Source of the DNA: Longimicrobiales bacterium
Lineage (GTDB): Bacteria; Gemmatimonadota; Gemmatimonadetes; Longimicrobiales; Gaopeijiaceae
Reading direction: 5' to 3'
Assembly (NCBI GenBank): GCA_963422615.1
Contig: OY730414.1
Coordinates: forward strand, 868,001 to 932,000
DNA length: 64,000 nucleotides
This document shows, piece after piece, positions 52,826-64,000 of this stretch (positions are counted from its first letter, which is position 1; each line of letters starts with the position of its first letter). Below the pieces are notes generated by a model. That model saw only the letters and a list, made by a program, of their open reading frames with translations. It was not told where the DNA came from and did not search any database. The position numbers and the translations under genes were made by a program.

Positions 52826-55800
52826 GCTTCAATGAGGCCCGGGCAAGTTTGCCCGGGAAAGCCGGAGGATCGATCCTCCGGCCAGCATCCTCACACAACG
52901 GACTTCAATGAGGCCCGGGCAAGTTTGCCCGGGAAAGTTTGCAATATGTGCGCAGACATAGCCTTTCAAGACGCGACTTCAATGAGGCCCGGGCAAGTTT
53001 GCCCGGGAAAGGTGGAGAAAATCGTTCCGTGCCCCGTTTAGGACCGGGCTTCAATGAGGCCCGGGCAAGTTTGCCCGGGAAAGTCGGCGTCCCTGCGGTC
53101 GTCTCTGAGATCGCGCCGACTCGCTTCAATGAGGCCCGGGCAAGTTTGCCCGGGAAAGCCGGGCGACGCTGACCGTGGCGACCCATTGATGTGGCTTCAA
53201 TGAGGCCCGGGCAAGTTTGCCCGGGAAAGGTGCGTCAAGCACGTATTGGGCATTGAGCAACAACTCGCTTCAATGAGGCCCGGGCAAGTTTGCCCGGGAA
53301 AGCCGGACATGAGCGATTCCGGGGAGATCGGAGCTGCCGGCTTCAATGAGGCCCGGGCAAGTTTGCCCGGGAAAGCGCGCGTGAGGGGCCCTTGGCCCGG
53401 GCCCCCCAAGACGGCTTCAATGAGGCCCGGGCAAGTTTGCCCGGGAAAGTATGTGGCCGGGAGAGCCGGCCCAGAAACCCCGAAACGCTTCAATGAGGCC
53501 CGGGCAAGTTTGCCCGGGAAAGGGTAGCCCATGTAGCCCGGAAGTCAAGCCCGGGCCCCGCTTCAATGAGGCCCGGGCAAGTTTGCCCGGGAAAGCATGC
53601 TACTGGAAGGGAGACGGCCAACAATGCCTTTGCCGCTTCAATGAGGCCCGGGCAAGTTTGCCCGGGAAAGGATCCCCGGCCGGCCGGAAGGAAGGAGAGG
53701 GCAGGACTCGCTTCAATGAGGCCCGGGCAAGTTTGCCCGGGAAAGCGGTTCGGGGACCATGCCCGGGACTCGCTCGTTATGGCTTCAATGAGGCCCGGGC
53801 AAGTTTGCCCGGGAAAGGCCACATGCTGGGGGTGGTCCGATGACCCTGCCAGGCTTCAATGAGGCCCGGGCAAGTTTGCCCGGGAAAGACCGACAAAAAG
53901 AGCGCCCACAGACCTGACCCGCCGGCTTCAATGAGGCCCGGGCAAGTTTGCCCGGGAAAGGCCGGCATGCTTAAAGCGCTGTCCAAGACCCAGCCGCTTC
54001 AATGAGGCCCGGGCAAGTTTGCCCGGGAAAGAAACGGGGCCCGGTCGGACTGGCAGGGGGGACCTGTCGCTTCAATGAGGCCCGGGCAAGTTTGCCCGGG
54101 AAAGAAACGGGGCCCGGTCGGACTGGCAGGGGGGACCTGTCGCTTCAATGAGGCCCGGGCAAGTTTGCCCGGGAAAGGAAGGGGCCCGGTCGGACTGGCA
54201 GGGGGGACCTGTCGCTTCAATGAGGCCCGGGCAAGTTTGCCCGGGAAAGGAAGGGGCCCGGGCCCTTCCGGCCCGGGCCCCCAAGGGCTTCAATGAGGCC
54301 CGGGCAAGTTTGCCCGGGAAAGTTCCCGGATCGACCACCAACAAGTTCTCCCTTGGAGCGCTTCAATGAGGCCCGGGCAAGTTTGCCCGGGAAAGCAAAC
54401 TTCAGTGCCGCCATCTGTTGCCAGCAGTTGGACGGCTTCAATGAGGCCCGGGCAAGTTTGCCCGGGAAAGCTTCATCGGGTTCTCCTTTTTGGGGGTGTC
54501 CTGCTGTTCGCTTCAATGAGGCCCGGGCAAGTTTGCCCGGGAAAGCATGCTGGCCGTTGCAAAACGTCGTCCCCGCGGCTCACATAGCTTCAATGAGGCC
54601 CGGGCAAGTTTGCCCGGGAAAGAAACAGGTATTCGTGGCAAAGGGCGAGCGCAACGGGGCTTCAATGAGGCCCGGGCAAGTTTGCCCGGGAAAGTCGAGA
54701 CCGCCGCCCAGGGGACCCGCAACGAGAGCCTGAAGCTTCAATGAGGCCCGGGCAAGTTTGCCCGGGAAAGTTGGATGCCAAGGATGGCTTGGCATTGGTC
54801 AGAGCCTGCTTCAATGAGGCCCGGGCAAGTTTGCCCGGGAAAGCGATCGATCCAGGCGTCGACAGGTTACCGATTGGCGCGTCGCTTCAATGAGGCCCGG
54901 GCAAGTTTGCCCGGGAAAGCTGGAGTCGTTGGCAGGGTTTACATGCGACCGTTGATAGGCTTCAATGAGGCCCGGGCAAGTTTGCCCGGGAAAGCTTAGC
55001 GACGCCGGAAACGCCCTGGCCAAGGTCGTCAAGGCTTCAATGAGGCCCGGGCAAGTTTGCCCGGGAAAGGTTACCAGGCTCAAGCGACCTTGGCAGGCAC
55101 CGATTGCCGCTTCAATGAGGCCCGGGCAAGTTTGCCCGGGAAAGCGCACCGCCCGGAATCTGATAGAGACAACGGGCTGGTGTGCTTCAATGAGGCCCGG
55201 GCAAGTTTGCCCGGGAAAGCCTGCGGATGCGGCGGCGGTCCACGCGGACCACCGCTCCGCGCTTCAATGAGGCCCGGGCAAGTTTGCCCGGGAAAGGACC
55301 TGACGGAAGAGGAACTGATCCGGCGGCGCGACGCTTCAATGAGGCCCGGGCAAGTTTGCCCGGGAAAGCTTGCACCGCCACGCATTCATCCGACCTCCAG
55401 GGTGCTTCAATGAGGCCCGGGCAAGTTTGCCCGGGAAAGTCGAGGTCCACGAGGAACGAACGCGGGATCACCTTCGGCTTCAATGAGGCCCGGGCAAGTT
55501 TGCCCGGGAAAGGCAGCCTAAATCATGTGCAGTTCAAGGCCGAAGGCGGCTTCAATGAGGCCCGGGCAAGTTTGCCCGGGAAAGTGATCCATGGTCTGCT
55601 GACTCCTACGCGGAGGCTGTGGCTTCAATGAGGCCCGGGCAAGTTTGCCCGGGAAAGAACGAATCTTCCGGGATCGCCCCCCGGGTCCAAAATGCTTCAA
55701 TGAGGCCCGGGCAAGTTTGCCCGGGAAAGCGCCCGATGTGCGCGCACGCCTCCCAGGGTTGGAAGAGCGCTTCAATGAGGCCCGGGCAAGTTTGCCCGGG

Positions 55801-58800
55801 AAAGTCGGGGTTGCTGGCGACATCTGGGGGACGGCCCCAACCGCTTCAATGAGGCCCGGGCAAGTTTGCCCGGGAAAGGCGGTGTATATGATCCAGTCCC
55901 TGGGCGCCATTATCTGCTTCAATGAGGCCCGGGCAAGTTTGCCCGGGAAAGGCAGCAGGCTTGTCCTGGTCGGGAGCCGCCACGGTGGCTTCAATGAGGC
56001 CCGGGCAAGTTTGCCCGGGAAAGCACCCTCGCGCACTCATGATCACGCGCCTTGGCGCCGCTTCAATGAGGCCCGGGCAAGTTTGCCCGGGAAAGCGACC
56101 CGGTAGGAGAGCGTCGAGCCGGACGGACTGCGGCTTCAATGAGGCCCGGGCAAGTTTGCCCGGGAAAGTTGACCGCAAAGGCCGGTCAGGCTACATTGTG
56201 GGAACCGCTTCAATGAGGCCCGGGCAAGTTTGCCCGGGAAAGGTCGCCCCGGATTTCCCCGTTCGCGCCGGTTCGCGCCGCTTCAATGAGGCCCGGGCAA
56301 GTTTGCCCGGGAAAGTGATTTAGGCTGCGGCGAATGCTGATCCCTTGACCCTGCTTCAATGAGGCCCGGGCAAGTTTGCCCGGGAAAGTTGGCCACCGGG
56401 AGAATAAGATGGCTGGATGGCTTGGCTTCAATGAGGCCCGGGCAAGTTTGCCCGGGAAAGATGCCCCGAGAGATAATGTTGACTGATGCCATCACCGGCT
56501 TCAATGAGGCCCGGGCAAGTTTGCCCGGGAAAGAAGATGCTCGATGAACCGGTGGCCGATCAGCTCCGCGCTTCAATGAGGCCCGGGCAAGTTTGCCCGG
56601 GAAAGCCTGGTGGCAACGGAGAACTTGTTGCTGCGAACGGAGCTTCAATGAGGCCCGGGCAAGTTTGCCCGGGAAAGGGCGCTGGTCGCCTAGGGAGGAT
56701 GTAAGCATGGCTGGCTTCAATGAGGCCCGGGCAAGTTTGCCCGGGAAAGAGAAGACACGCTGATATGCCTGTAGTGTCTCGGTATCGCTTCAATGAGGCC
56801 CGGGCAAGTTTGCCCGGGAAAGAACCATCGCCCAGATCCTGACGTAGAAGAGGATGGCGGCTTCAATGAGGCCCGGGCAAGTTTGCCCGGGAAAGGAGAA
56901 CTTGTTGGTGGTCGATCCGGGGAATCGGGGGCGCTTCAATGAGGCCCGGGCAAGTTTGCCCGGGAAAGATGGTTCCTCGCCCGCGACCCCGACGGCAGAA
57001 TCCGGCTTCAATGAGGCCCGGGCAAGTTTGCCCGGGAAAGGCAAGTCTCGGGAACGGCCGCGACCTGGGTGAGGATGCTTCAATGAGGCCCGGGCAAGTT
57101 TGCCCGGGAAAGACTTGGCACCCTGCTGAATCAGGCCCGTGACGAGGTCGCTTCAATGAGGCCCGGGCAAGTTTGCCCGGGAAAGAAACTTGAACGCAAA
57201 GAATTGTCTTCTGACGCAAAGGTAGCTTCAATGAGGCCCGGGCAAGTTTGCCCGGGAAAGGGTGATGTGGTGTGAGTGTGATGAGAGGGGCTGCGAGGCT
57301 TCAATGAGGCCCGGGCAAGTTTGCCCGGGAAAGCGATCCCCGACACCGACGAGGAGGAGCCCGCCCAGTGCTTCAATGAGGCCCGGGCAAGTTTGCCCGG
57401 GAAAGGTATGCTCGATGTGGCCTGGCGATCCATGCAACCCCGGCTTCAATGAGGCCCGGGCAAGTTTGCCCGGGAAAGGGGGGAACCAGTGGGGATCACT
57501 GCAAGGACGCCAGAGCTGCTTCAATGAGGCCCGGGCAAGTTTGCCCGGGAAAGCTAACGAGATCAACCCCGAGTGGCATCTCCGCCATGCTTCAATGAGG
57601 CCCGGGCAAGTTTGCCCGGGAAAGCAACGACGGGAACACCGACACGGTCACCTTTCAAGTGCTTCAATGAGGCCCGGGCAAGTTTGCCCGGGAAAGGCCA
57701 TATGCCCGCAACCAGCCGGCGGCAATCGTCACGCTTGCTTCAATGAGGCCCGGGCAAGTTTGCCCGGGAAAGTCAAGGAGGGAGTATGAAGCACAAGATG
57801 TATAAGTGTTGCTTCAATGAGGCCCGGGCAAGTTTGCCCGGGAAAGTCAAGGAGGGAGTATGAAGCACAAGATGTATAAGTGTTGCTTCAATGAGGCCCG
57901 GGCAAGTTTGCCCGGGAAAGGGCCCACCTGCCTCCCTGGCTCATCGTTCCACCGCTGGCTTCAATGAGGCCCGGGCAAGTTTGCCCGGGAAAGAACGGTC
58001 CCGGAACCTAGTGGTTGATCGATCATAGAGCTTCAATGAGGCCCGGGCAAGTTTGCCCGGGAAAGCGAGCCTGGTGGCCCCGACCTGTCCCTCGAGGCAT
58101 ATGCTTCAATGAGGCCCGGGCAAGTTTGCCCGGGAAAGAGGGATCGGCCAAGCAATCCCAAGCCCGGGCTGTTGTGCTTCAATGAGGCCCGGGCAAGTTT
58201 GCCCGGGAAAGCTCCGTTGGCTCCAACAAGTTCTCCCTTGGCGTCCAGGGCTTCAATGAGGCCCGGGCAAGTTTGCCCGGGAAAGGGCGGGCGCCCTAGC
58301 TGGATACCGGCCCGCATTGATTCCGCTTCAATGAGGCCCGGGCAAGTTTGCCCGGGAAAGGCCCAGGTCCCAGCGGTTCGCCCATGGGACCGGACCCGCT
58401 TCAATGAGGCCCGGGCAAGTTTGCCCGGGAAAGACGAACTCCGGCTCATGCTGACCTCCGTGCTCCGGCGGGCTTCAATGAGGCCCGGGCAAGTTTGCCC
58501 GGGAAAGAGGACGACCGCGCGACCACCGCAGCGCCGACCCCGTGGCTTCAATGAGGCCCGGGCAAGTTTGCCCGGGAAAGGCTGGTGGTGGCTGACACAG
58601 CGCCGCGGCATCGATGCGCTTCAATGAGGCCCGGGCAAGTTTGCCCGGGAAAGCTCGGCCGGAAGAGTCACTGGAGCATGGCCACCTTCAGGCTTCAATG
58701 AGGCCCGGGCAAGTTTGCCCGGGAAAGCACGAACGCCAACTTCATCGAAGCCCTGGACCTCAAGGCTTCAATGAGGCCCGGGCAAGTTTGCCCGGGAAAG

Positions 58801-61800
58801 TCCCGACCCACTGGACGATCTTCTGTTCCTTGACCGGCTTCAATGAGGCCCGGGCAAGTTTGCCCGGGAAAGGCCTGCAGGTTGTCTAGCTCATGGCCGC
58901 CGCCCCGAGCTTCAATGAGGCCCGGGCAAGTTTGCCCGGGAAAGTAGGTGTAGGTAGTCGGATACGCCGACGGCCTCACTGCTTCAATGAGGCCCGGGCA
59001 AGTTTGCCCGGGAAAGACCGTCTCTGTGGGCCACCGTGAGAGGGCGTCAACCGCTTCAATGAGGCCCGGGCAAGTTTGCCCGGGAAAGGGAGGCAAGGGT
59101 TTCTCTGGCGGACACAAAAGACCGGGCTTCAATGAGGCCCGGGCAAGTTTGCCCGGGAAAGCCCGGACGGAGGTCCTGTGGACCAACTACCAGCCTGCTT
59201 CAATGAGGCCCGGGCAAGTTTGCCCGGGAAAGACTGCGCGGGTATCGCGGATAGGTACCCATTTCGGCGGCTTCAATGAGGCCCGGGCAAGTTTGCCCGG
59301 GAAAGGTCGGGGTCAGGGGTGGCAACAACAGGGTCGAACGTTGGCTTCAATGAGGCCCGGGCAAGTTTGCCCGGGAAAGTGTATTGCTCACCGGCGTTGA
59401 GCGTGGTTTTGCCGCGCTTCAATGAGGCCCGGGCAAGTTTGCCCGGGAAAGGATGACCTCCCGCGCGTTCCTCTGCGGGAGCGCCGTGCTTCAATGAGGC
59501 CCGGGCAAGTTTGCCCGGGAAAGGTTGGCTTCGGGCTGCGAAGTCGCCTTCGGAAGGGCCGCTTCAATGAGGCCCGGGCAAGTTTGCCCGGGAAAGTGTG
59601 AGGATGTGGGACCTGCTAGCGGGGCAAATCGAGCTTCAATGAGGCCCGGGCAAGTTTGCCCGGGAAAGCGCTTGTTCTTGACGCACGAGGAAGCGCAAGA
59701 CTTTGCGCTTCAATGAGGCCCGGGCAAGTTTGCCCGGGAAAGTCAAACGGGATCTGAAACCTGATCTGCCCGTTTGAATGCTTCAATGAGGCCCGGGCAA
59801 GTTTGCCCGGGAAAGGGCGCCAAGGCGCGTGATCATGAGTGCGCGAGGGTGGCTTCAATGAGGCCCGGGCAAGTTTGCCCGGGAAAGCTGAAAGTTACGC
59901 CGTGTTCGTCACGCCAACTGACAGTGGCTTCAATGAGGCCCGGGCAAGTTTGCCCGGGAAAGGCCTGATCCTGACGGCAGGGGTGCAAACCTGGTAGGGC
60001 TTCAATGAGGCCCGGGCAAGTTTGCCCGGGAAAGATCCTCAGGAGGCAAGGCTTCCTCTGGCGAGCCCAGCTTCAATGAGGCCCGGGCAAGTTTGCCCGG
60101 GAAAGCCCCTGGGGTTCTGCATCGGCGCTACACTGATGACACTGCTTCAATGAGGCCCGGGCAAGTTTGCCCGGGAAAGGAAGCGGCGGAGTTGCCCCAC
60201 GGCCGACCCGACTTCGGGGCTTCAATGAGGCCCGGGCAAGTTTGCCCGGGAAAGCTCGAACGGGGCGGGGTCGATGGGGGCGGCGTAGGCGCTTCAATGA
60301 GGCCCGGGCAAGTTTGCCCGGGAAAGTCTTCGGACGCCGGCTCGATCGCCTGGTTGCGTCACCCGCTTCAATGAGGCCCGGGCAAGTTTGCCCGGGAAAG
60401 GCGAAGAGATCACTGGCAACAGCGCCGCCGAGGGTGAGCTTCAATGAGGCCCGGGCAAGTTTGCCCGGGAAAGAACGACCCAGCGGGCCGGGATAAGCCA
60501 CGACATTGTGCTTCAATGAGGCCCGGGCAAGTTTGCCCGGGAAAGAGGCCTATCGCTCGCCGATGGCGACAGCTATATGATCGCTTCAATGAGGCCCGGG
60601 CAAGTTTGCCCGGGAAAGAGCGATCGCCGCCGCCAAGGCCAATTGAGGCCACCCGCGCTTCAATGAGGCCCGGGCAAGTTTGCCCGGGAAAGCCAGGCAA
60701 GTCCCACGACATCCTGCCGTATTTCTCCCGGCTTCAATGAGGCCCGGGCAAGTTTGCCCGGGAAAGAAGGGGATCAGGCGGTCGCTTGATACGCCGTCGC
60801 ATCGCTTCAATGAGGCCCGGGCAAGTTTGCCCGGGAAAGCGCCGACCTGAACGACCACATTGGCGCCACCCACCGGGCTTCAATGAGGCCCGGGCAAGTT
60901 TGCCCGGGAAAGGTCGTAGTCCTTACCAGCACCCACCCATCCCGCACCTGACCCGCTTCAATGAGGCCCGGGCAAGTTTGCCCGGGAAAGGGGTGCTGCC
61001 GTGCCGGGGACCGGGCGGACCTCGACCGCTTCAATGAGGCCCGGGCAAGTTTGCCCGGGAAAGATCTTCCTCCTCCTCCGGCTCCTCCGGAGGGGCCCGG
61101 CTTCAATGAGGCCCGGGCAAGTTTGCCCGGGAAAGAAAAAGATCCCATATGGGAAGAACGGCAACGAACGGGCTTCAATGAGGCCCGGGCAAGTTTGCCC
61201 GGGAAAGGGCAAGGGAGAAGGAATCGGATTCGCTGACCGCAGCGGGCTTCAATGAGGCCCGGGCAAGTTTGCCCGGGAAAGGGAGGTCACCGTCGAGGAG
61301 GTCACGGGCCACGAGGTCGCTTCAATGAGGCCCGGGCAAGTTTGCCCGGGAAAGTCCGTTCGCGCCAACAAGCTCTCCGTTGGCGTCAGGGGCTTCAATG
61401 AGGCCCGGGCAAGTTTGCCCGGGAAAGACAGATGCCCAATGGGGAGGTCCACAAGTACGGGGTCTTGCTTCAATGAGGCCCGGGCAAGTTTGCCCGGGAA
61501 AGTGATCCTGATAGGACGGAAACGCGGCTTATCCGGATCGCTTCAATGAGGCCCGGGCAAGTTTGCCCGGGAAAGTGTGCGGGCAACTTGCTTTGACATC
61601 GCACGGATGAAGCGCTTCAATGAGGCCCGGGCAAGTTTGCCCGGGAAAGACTTGGGGCGGCTACGGCTACGTAGCCGTAGTCGAGGCTTCAATGAGGCCC
61701 GGGCAAGTTTGCCCGGGAAAGCCAATGGGTCCCAACGTGGCGCCGGCGTCCGGCGCTCGCTTCAATGAGGCCCGGGCAAGTTTGCCCGGGAAAGATCAGG

Positions 61801-64000
61801 AACCGAGACCACAACGGGATCGTTTCTGTGCTTCAATGAGGCCCGGGCAAGTTTGCCCGGGAAAGTGGTGTCGCTGCGGGCATCCTGGGCGGTGTCAGGG
61901 CGGCTTCAATGAGGCCCGGGCAAGTTTGCCCGGGAAAGGTAGCCCGGATGTAGTAGCGGCTGTCGGAGCCAACATGCTTCAATGAGGCCCGGGCAAGTTT
62001 GCCCGGGAAAGCGTGTTACCTTTCATATTCGGAACAGCGACACTCAAGCTTCAATGAGGCCCGGGCAAGTTTGCCCGGGAAAGACGGTGTATGCGGCCCT
62101 GGGTGGCAAAGATTTACCCCACGTCGCTTCAATGAGGCCCGGGCAAGTTTGCCCGGGAAAGTGCTGCCGGGCGTTGAAAGGTTGCCAATGGGAATATCGC
62201 TTCAATGAGGCCCGGGCAAGTTTGCCCGGGAAAGGCTCCGGAAAGGCCGGCCCCAATGACGCGGTAGTGGGTGCTTCAATGAGGCCCGGGCAAGTTTGCC
62301 CGGGAAAGCAGGCCGACGATGTGATTTCCACGGCGCAAGAGGGAGGGCTTCAATGAGGCCCGGGCAAGTTTGCCCGGGAAAGATCGCCGCCCACCAGATA
62401 CTGATCGCCCAGGGCCGCGCTTCAATGAGGCCCGGGCAAGTTTGCCCGGGAAAGGCCAATCCGGGCAAACCATAGGTCGGAAGCCAGGTAAGCTTCAATG
62501 AGGCCCGGGCAAGTTTGCCCGGGAAAGCTCGCTTCGTCAAGGTGGCCATCTACCCGCTTGTGACTAGCGCTTCAATGAGGCCCGGGCAAGTTTGCCCGGG
62601 AAAGGCCCCCGCGCGTTGAAGGCGTATCCCTCCGTCGCAACGCTTCAATGAGGCCCGGGCAAGTTTGCCCGGGAAAGCCGATGGTTCCTCGCCAGAGACG
62701 CCGCCGGTAGAATCCGGCTTCAATGAGGCCCGGGCAAGTTTGCCCGGGAAAGCCCGACCCCGATCCCGACGAGGAAAGAGACGACGCATGCTTCAATGAG
62801 GCCCGGGCAAGTTTGCCCGGGAAAGGCCGAGAAGGTTGCGGTTTGCTTACGGCTGACTGCCCACGCTTCAATGAGGCCCGGGCAAGTTTGCCCGGGAAAG
62901 CCCTAATCGATAAGGAACGGAGAAACGAAATGACACCGCTTCAATGAGGCCCGGGCAAGTTTGCCCGGGAAAGGCTTCAGGTTTCGGTGTGATCTCTCCC
63001 TCTTCGGCGCTTCAATGAGGCCCGGGCAAGTTTGCCCGGGAAAGGGTGCATCCGGCACGGCTCCATCAGACCCAGACGACCGCTTCAATGAGGCCCGGGC
63101 AAGTTTGCCCGGGAAAGCGCGCGCGCGCCCCAAGTCCCCCCTTCCCGGCCGGGCTGCTTCAATGAGGCCCGGGCAAGTTTGCCCGGGAAAGGGAGTCAAG
63201 CGGGTGGATCGGCTATCTGTTAAAATGCTTCAATGAGGCCCGGGCAAGTTTGCCCGGGAAAGGGCGCCAAATCCGTCGACAGACACTACCTACAGCCTCG
63301 CTTCAATGAGGCCCGGGCAAGTTTGCCCGGGAAAGAACTTGTTGGTGGTCGATCCGGGGGAATCGGGGGCGCTTCAATGAGGCCCGGGCAAGTTTGCCCG
63401 GGAAAGATCGGCGTCGTGTCGCCGGGATCGCAGGTGCTTCTGGCTTCAATGAGGCCCGGGCAAGTTTGCCCGGGAAAGATCCCGAAACCGAAGAAATCCC
63501 GAATCGCTTGTGAAGCTTCAATGAGGCCCGGGCAAGTTTGCCCGGGAAAGGCTTGGCCTCGTGGAAGCCTCCGCCACGGCCTCTTTGCTTCAATGAGGCC
63601 CGGGCAAGTTTGCCCGGGAAAGAAGGCGATGCCAGAAGGTGGCAGGGGGATAGACTTGCCTGCTTCAATGAGGCCCGGGCAAGTTTGCCCGGGAAAGTCC
63701 AAAAAGAAGGAGAAGCAAATGGACTACACATCAGGCTTCAATGAGGCCCGGGCAAGTTTGCCCGGGAAAGCCCGGAGGCTCGGCGAGGATCTGCCCGTGA
63801 AGTGGACCGCTTCAATGAGGCCCGGGCAAGTTTGCCCGGGAAAGCAGGCAATTCCCACGACATCCGGCCGTATTTCTCCCGGCTTCAATGAGGCCCGGGC
63901 AAGTTTGCCCGGGAAAGGCCAGCCTACTGGATGAAGTGAGGTTTCTCACCCGGGCTTCAATGAGGCCCGGGCAAGTTTGCCCGGGAAAGAGTCACGGATG
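52826..64000 (-). CRISPR. CRISPR array, about 150 repeats, type I-G(I-U)-like; continues past the window edge
   Basis: 36-nt repeat GCTTCAATGAGGCCCGGGCAAGTTTGCCCGGGAAAG (+) with 8-bp hairpin and about 35-41-nt spacers; minus strand ends in an ATTGAAGC handle; variant repeats (ACTTC) only at 52902 and 52976. Subtype and orientation are inferred; no cas genes in the window. Confidence 0.98.

Noticed and set aside
52832..63934. Dozens of ORFs with FNEARASLPGK / MRPGQVCPGK / FPGQTCPGLIEA repeats
   Set aside because: These are translations of the CRISPR repeat, not proteins

Overview
High-GC bacterial chromosomal window. The gene content (PorX-like regulator, 6-bladed beta-propeller lipoproteins, TonB receptor plus DUF4249 partner, many peptidases) is consistent with Gemmatimonadota, which is an inference. 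Positions 1-51.5 kb hold mostly housekeeping and catabolic genes: SSS symporter plus GH2 beta-galactosidase, msrA, a K+ channel, DoxX, a bacilliredoxin, an hcrCAB-like molybdoenzyme operon, thiolase, S9/M16/GGT/DmpA peptidases, heme o synthase and an envelope operon (PorX-like, MsbA-like, LpxL-like, GT2, DUF3108, methyltransferase). Highlights: (1) an OsmC/Ohr-family gene split by an in-frame UGA at the catalytic Cys position and followed by a bSECIS-like hairpin, i.e. a probable selenoprotein that the ORF track missed; (2) a decayed 2.6-kb mobile-element remnant with a D5/P4-type primase-helicase; (3) a large CRISPR array of about 150 units (type I-G-like 36-nt repeat, probably transcribed on the minus strand) running off the right edge, with no cas genes in view. 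Its spacers include a flipped pair, a chimeric spacer, repeated acquisitions from a 21-nt tandem-repeat target and G-tract variants. A solitary, diverged repeat-like hairpin lies about 240 nt beyond the array's distal end, in a hairpin-rich non-coding region.
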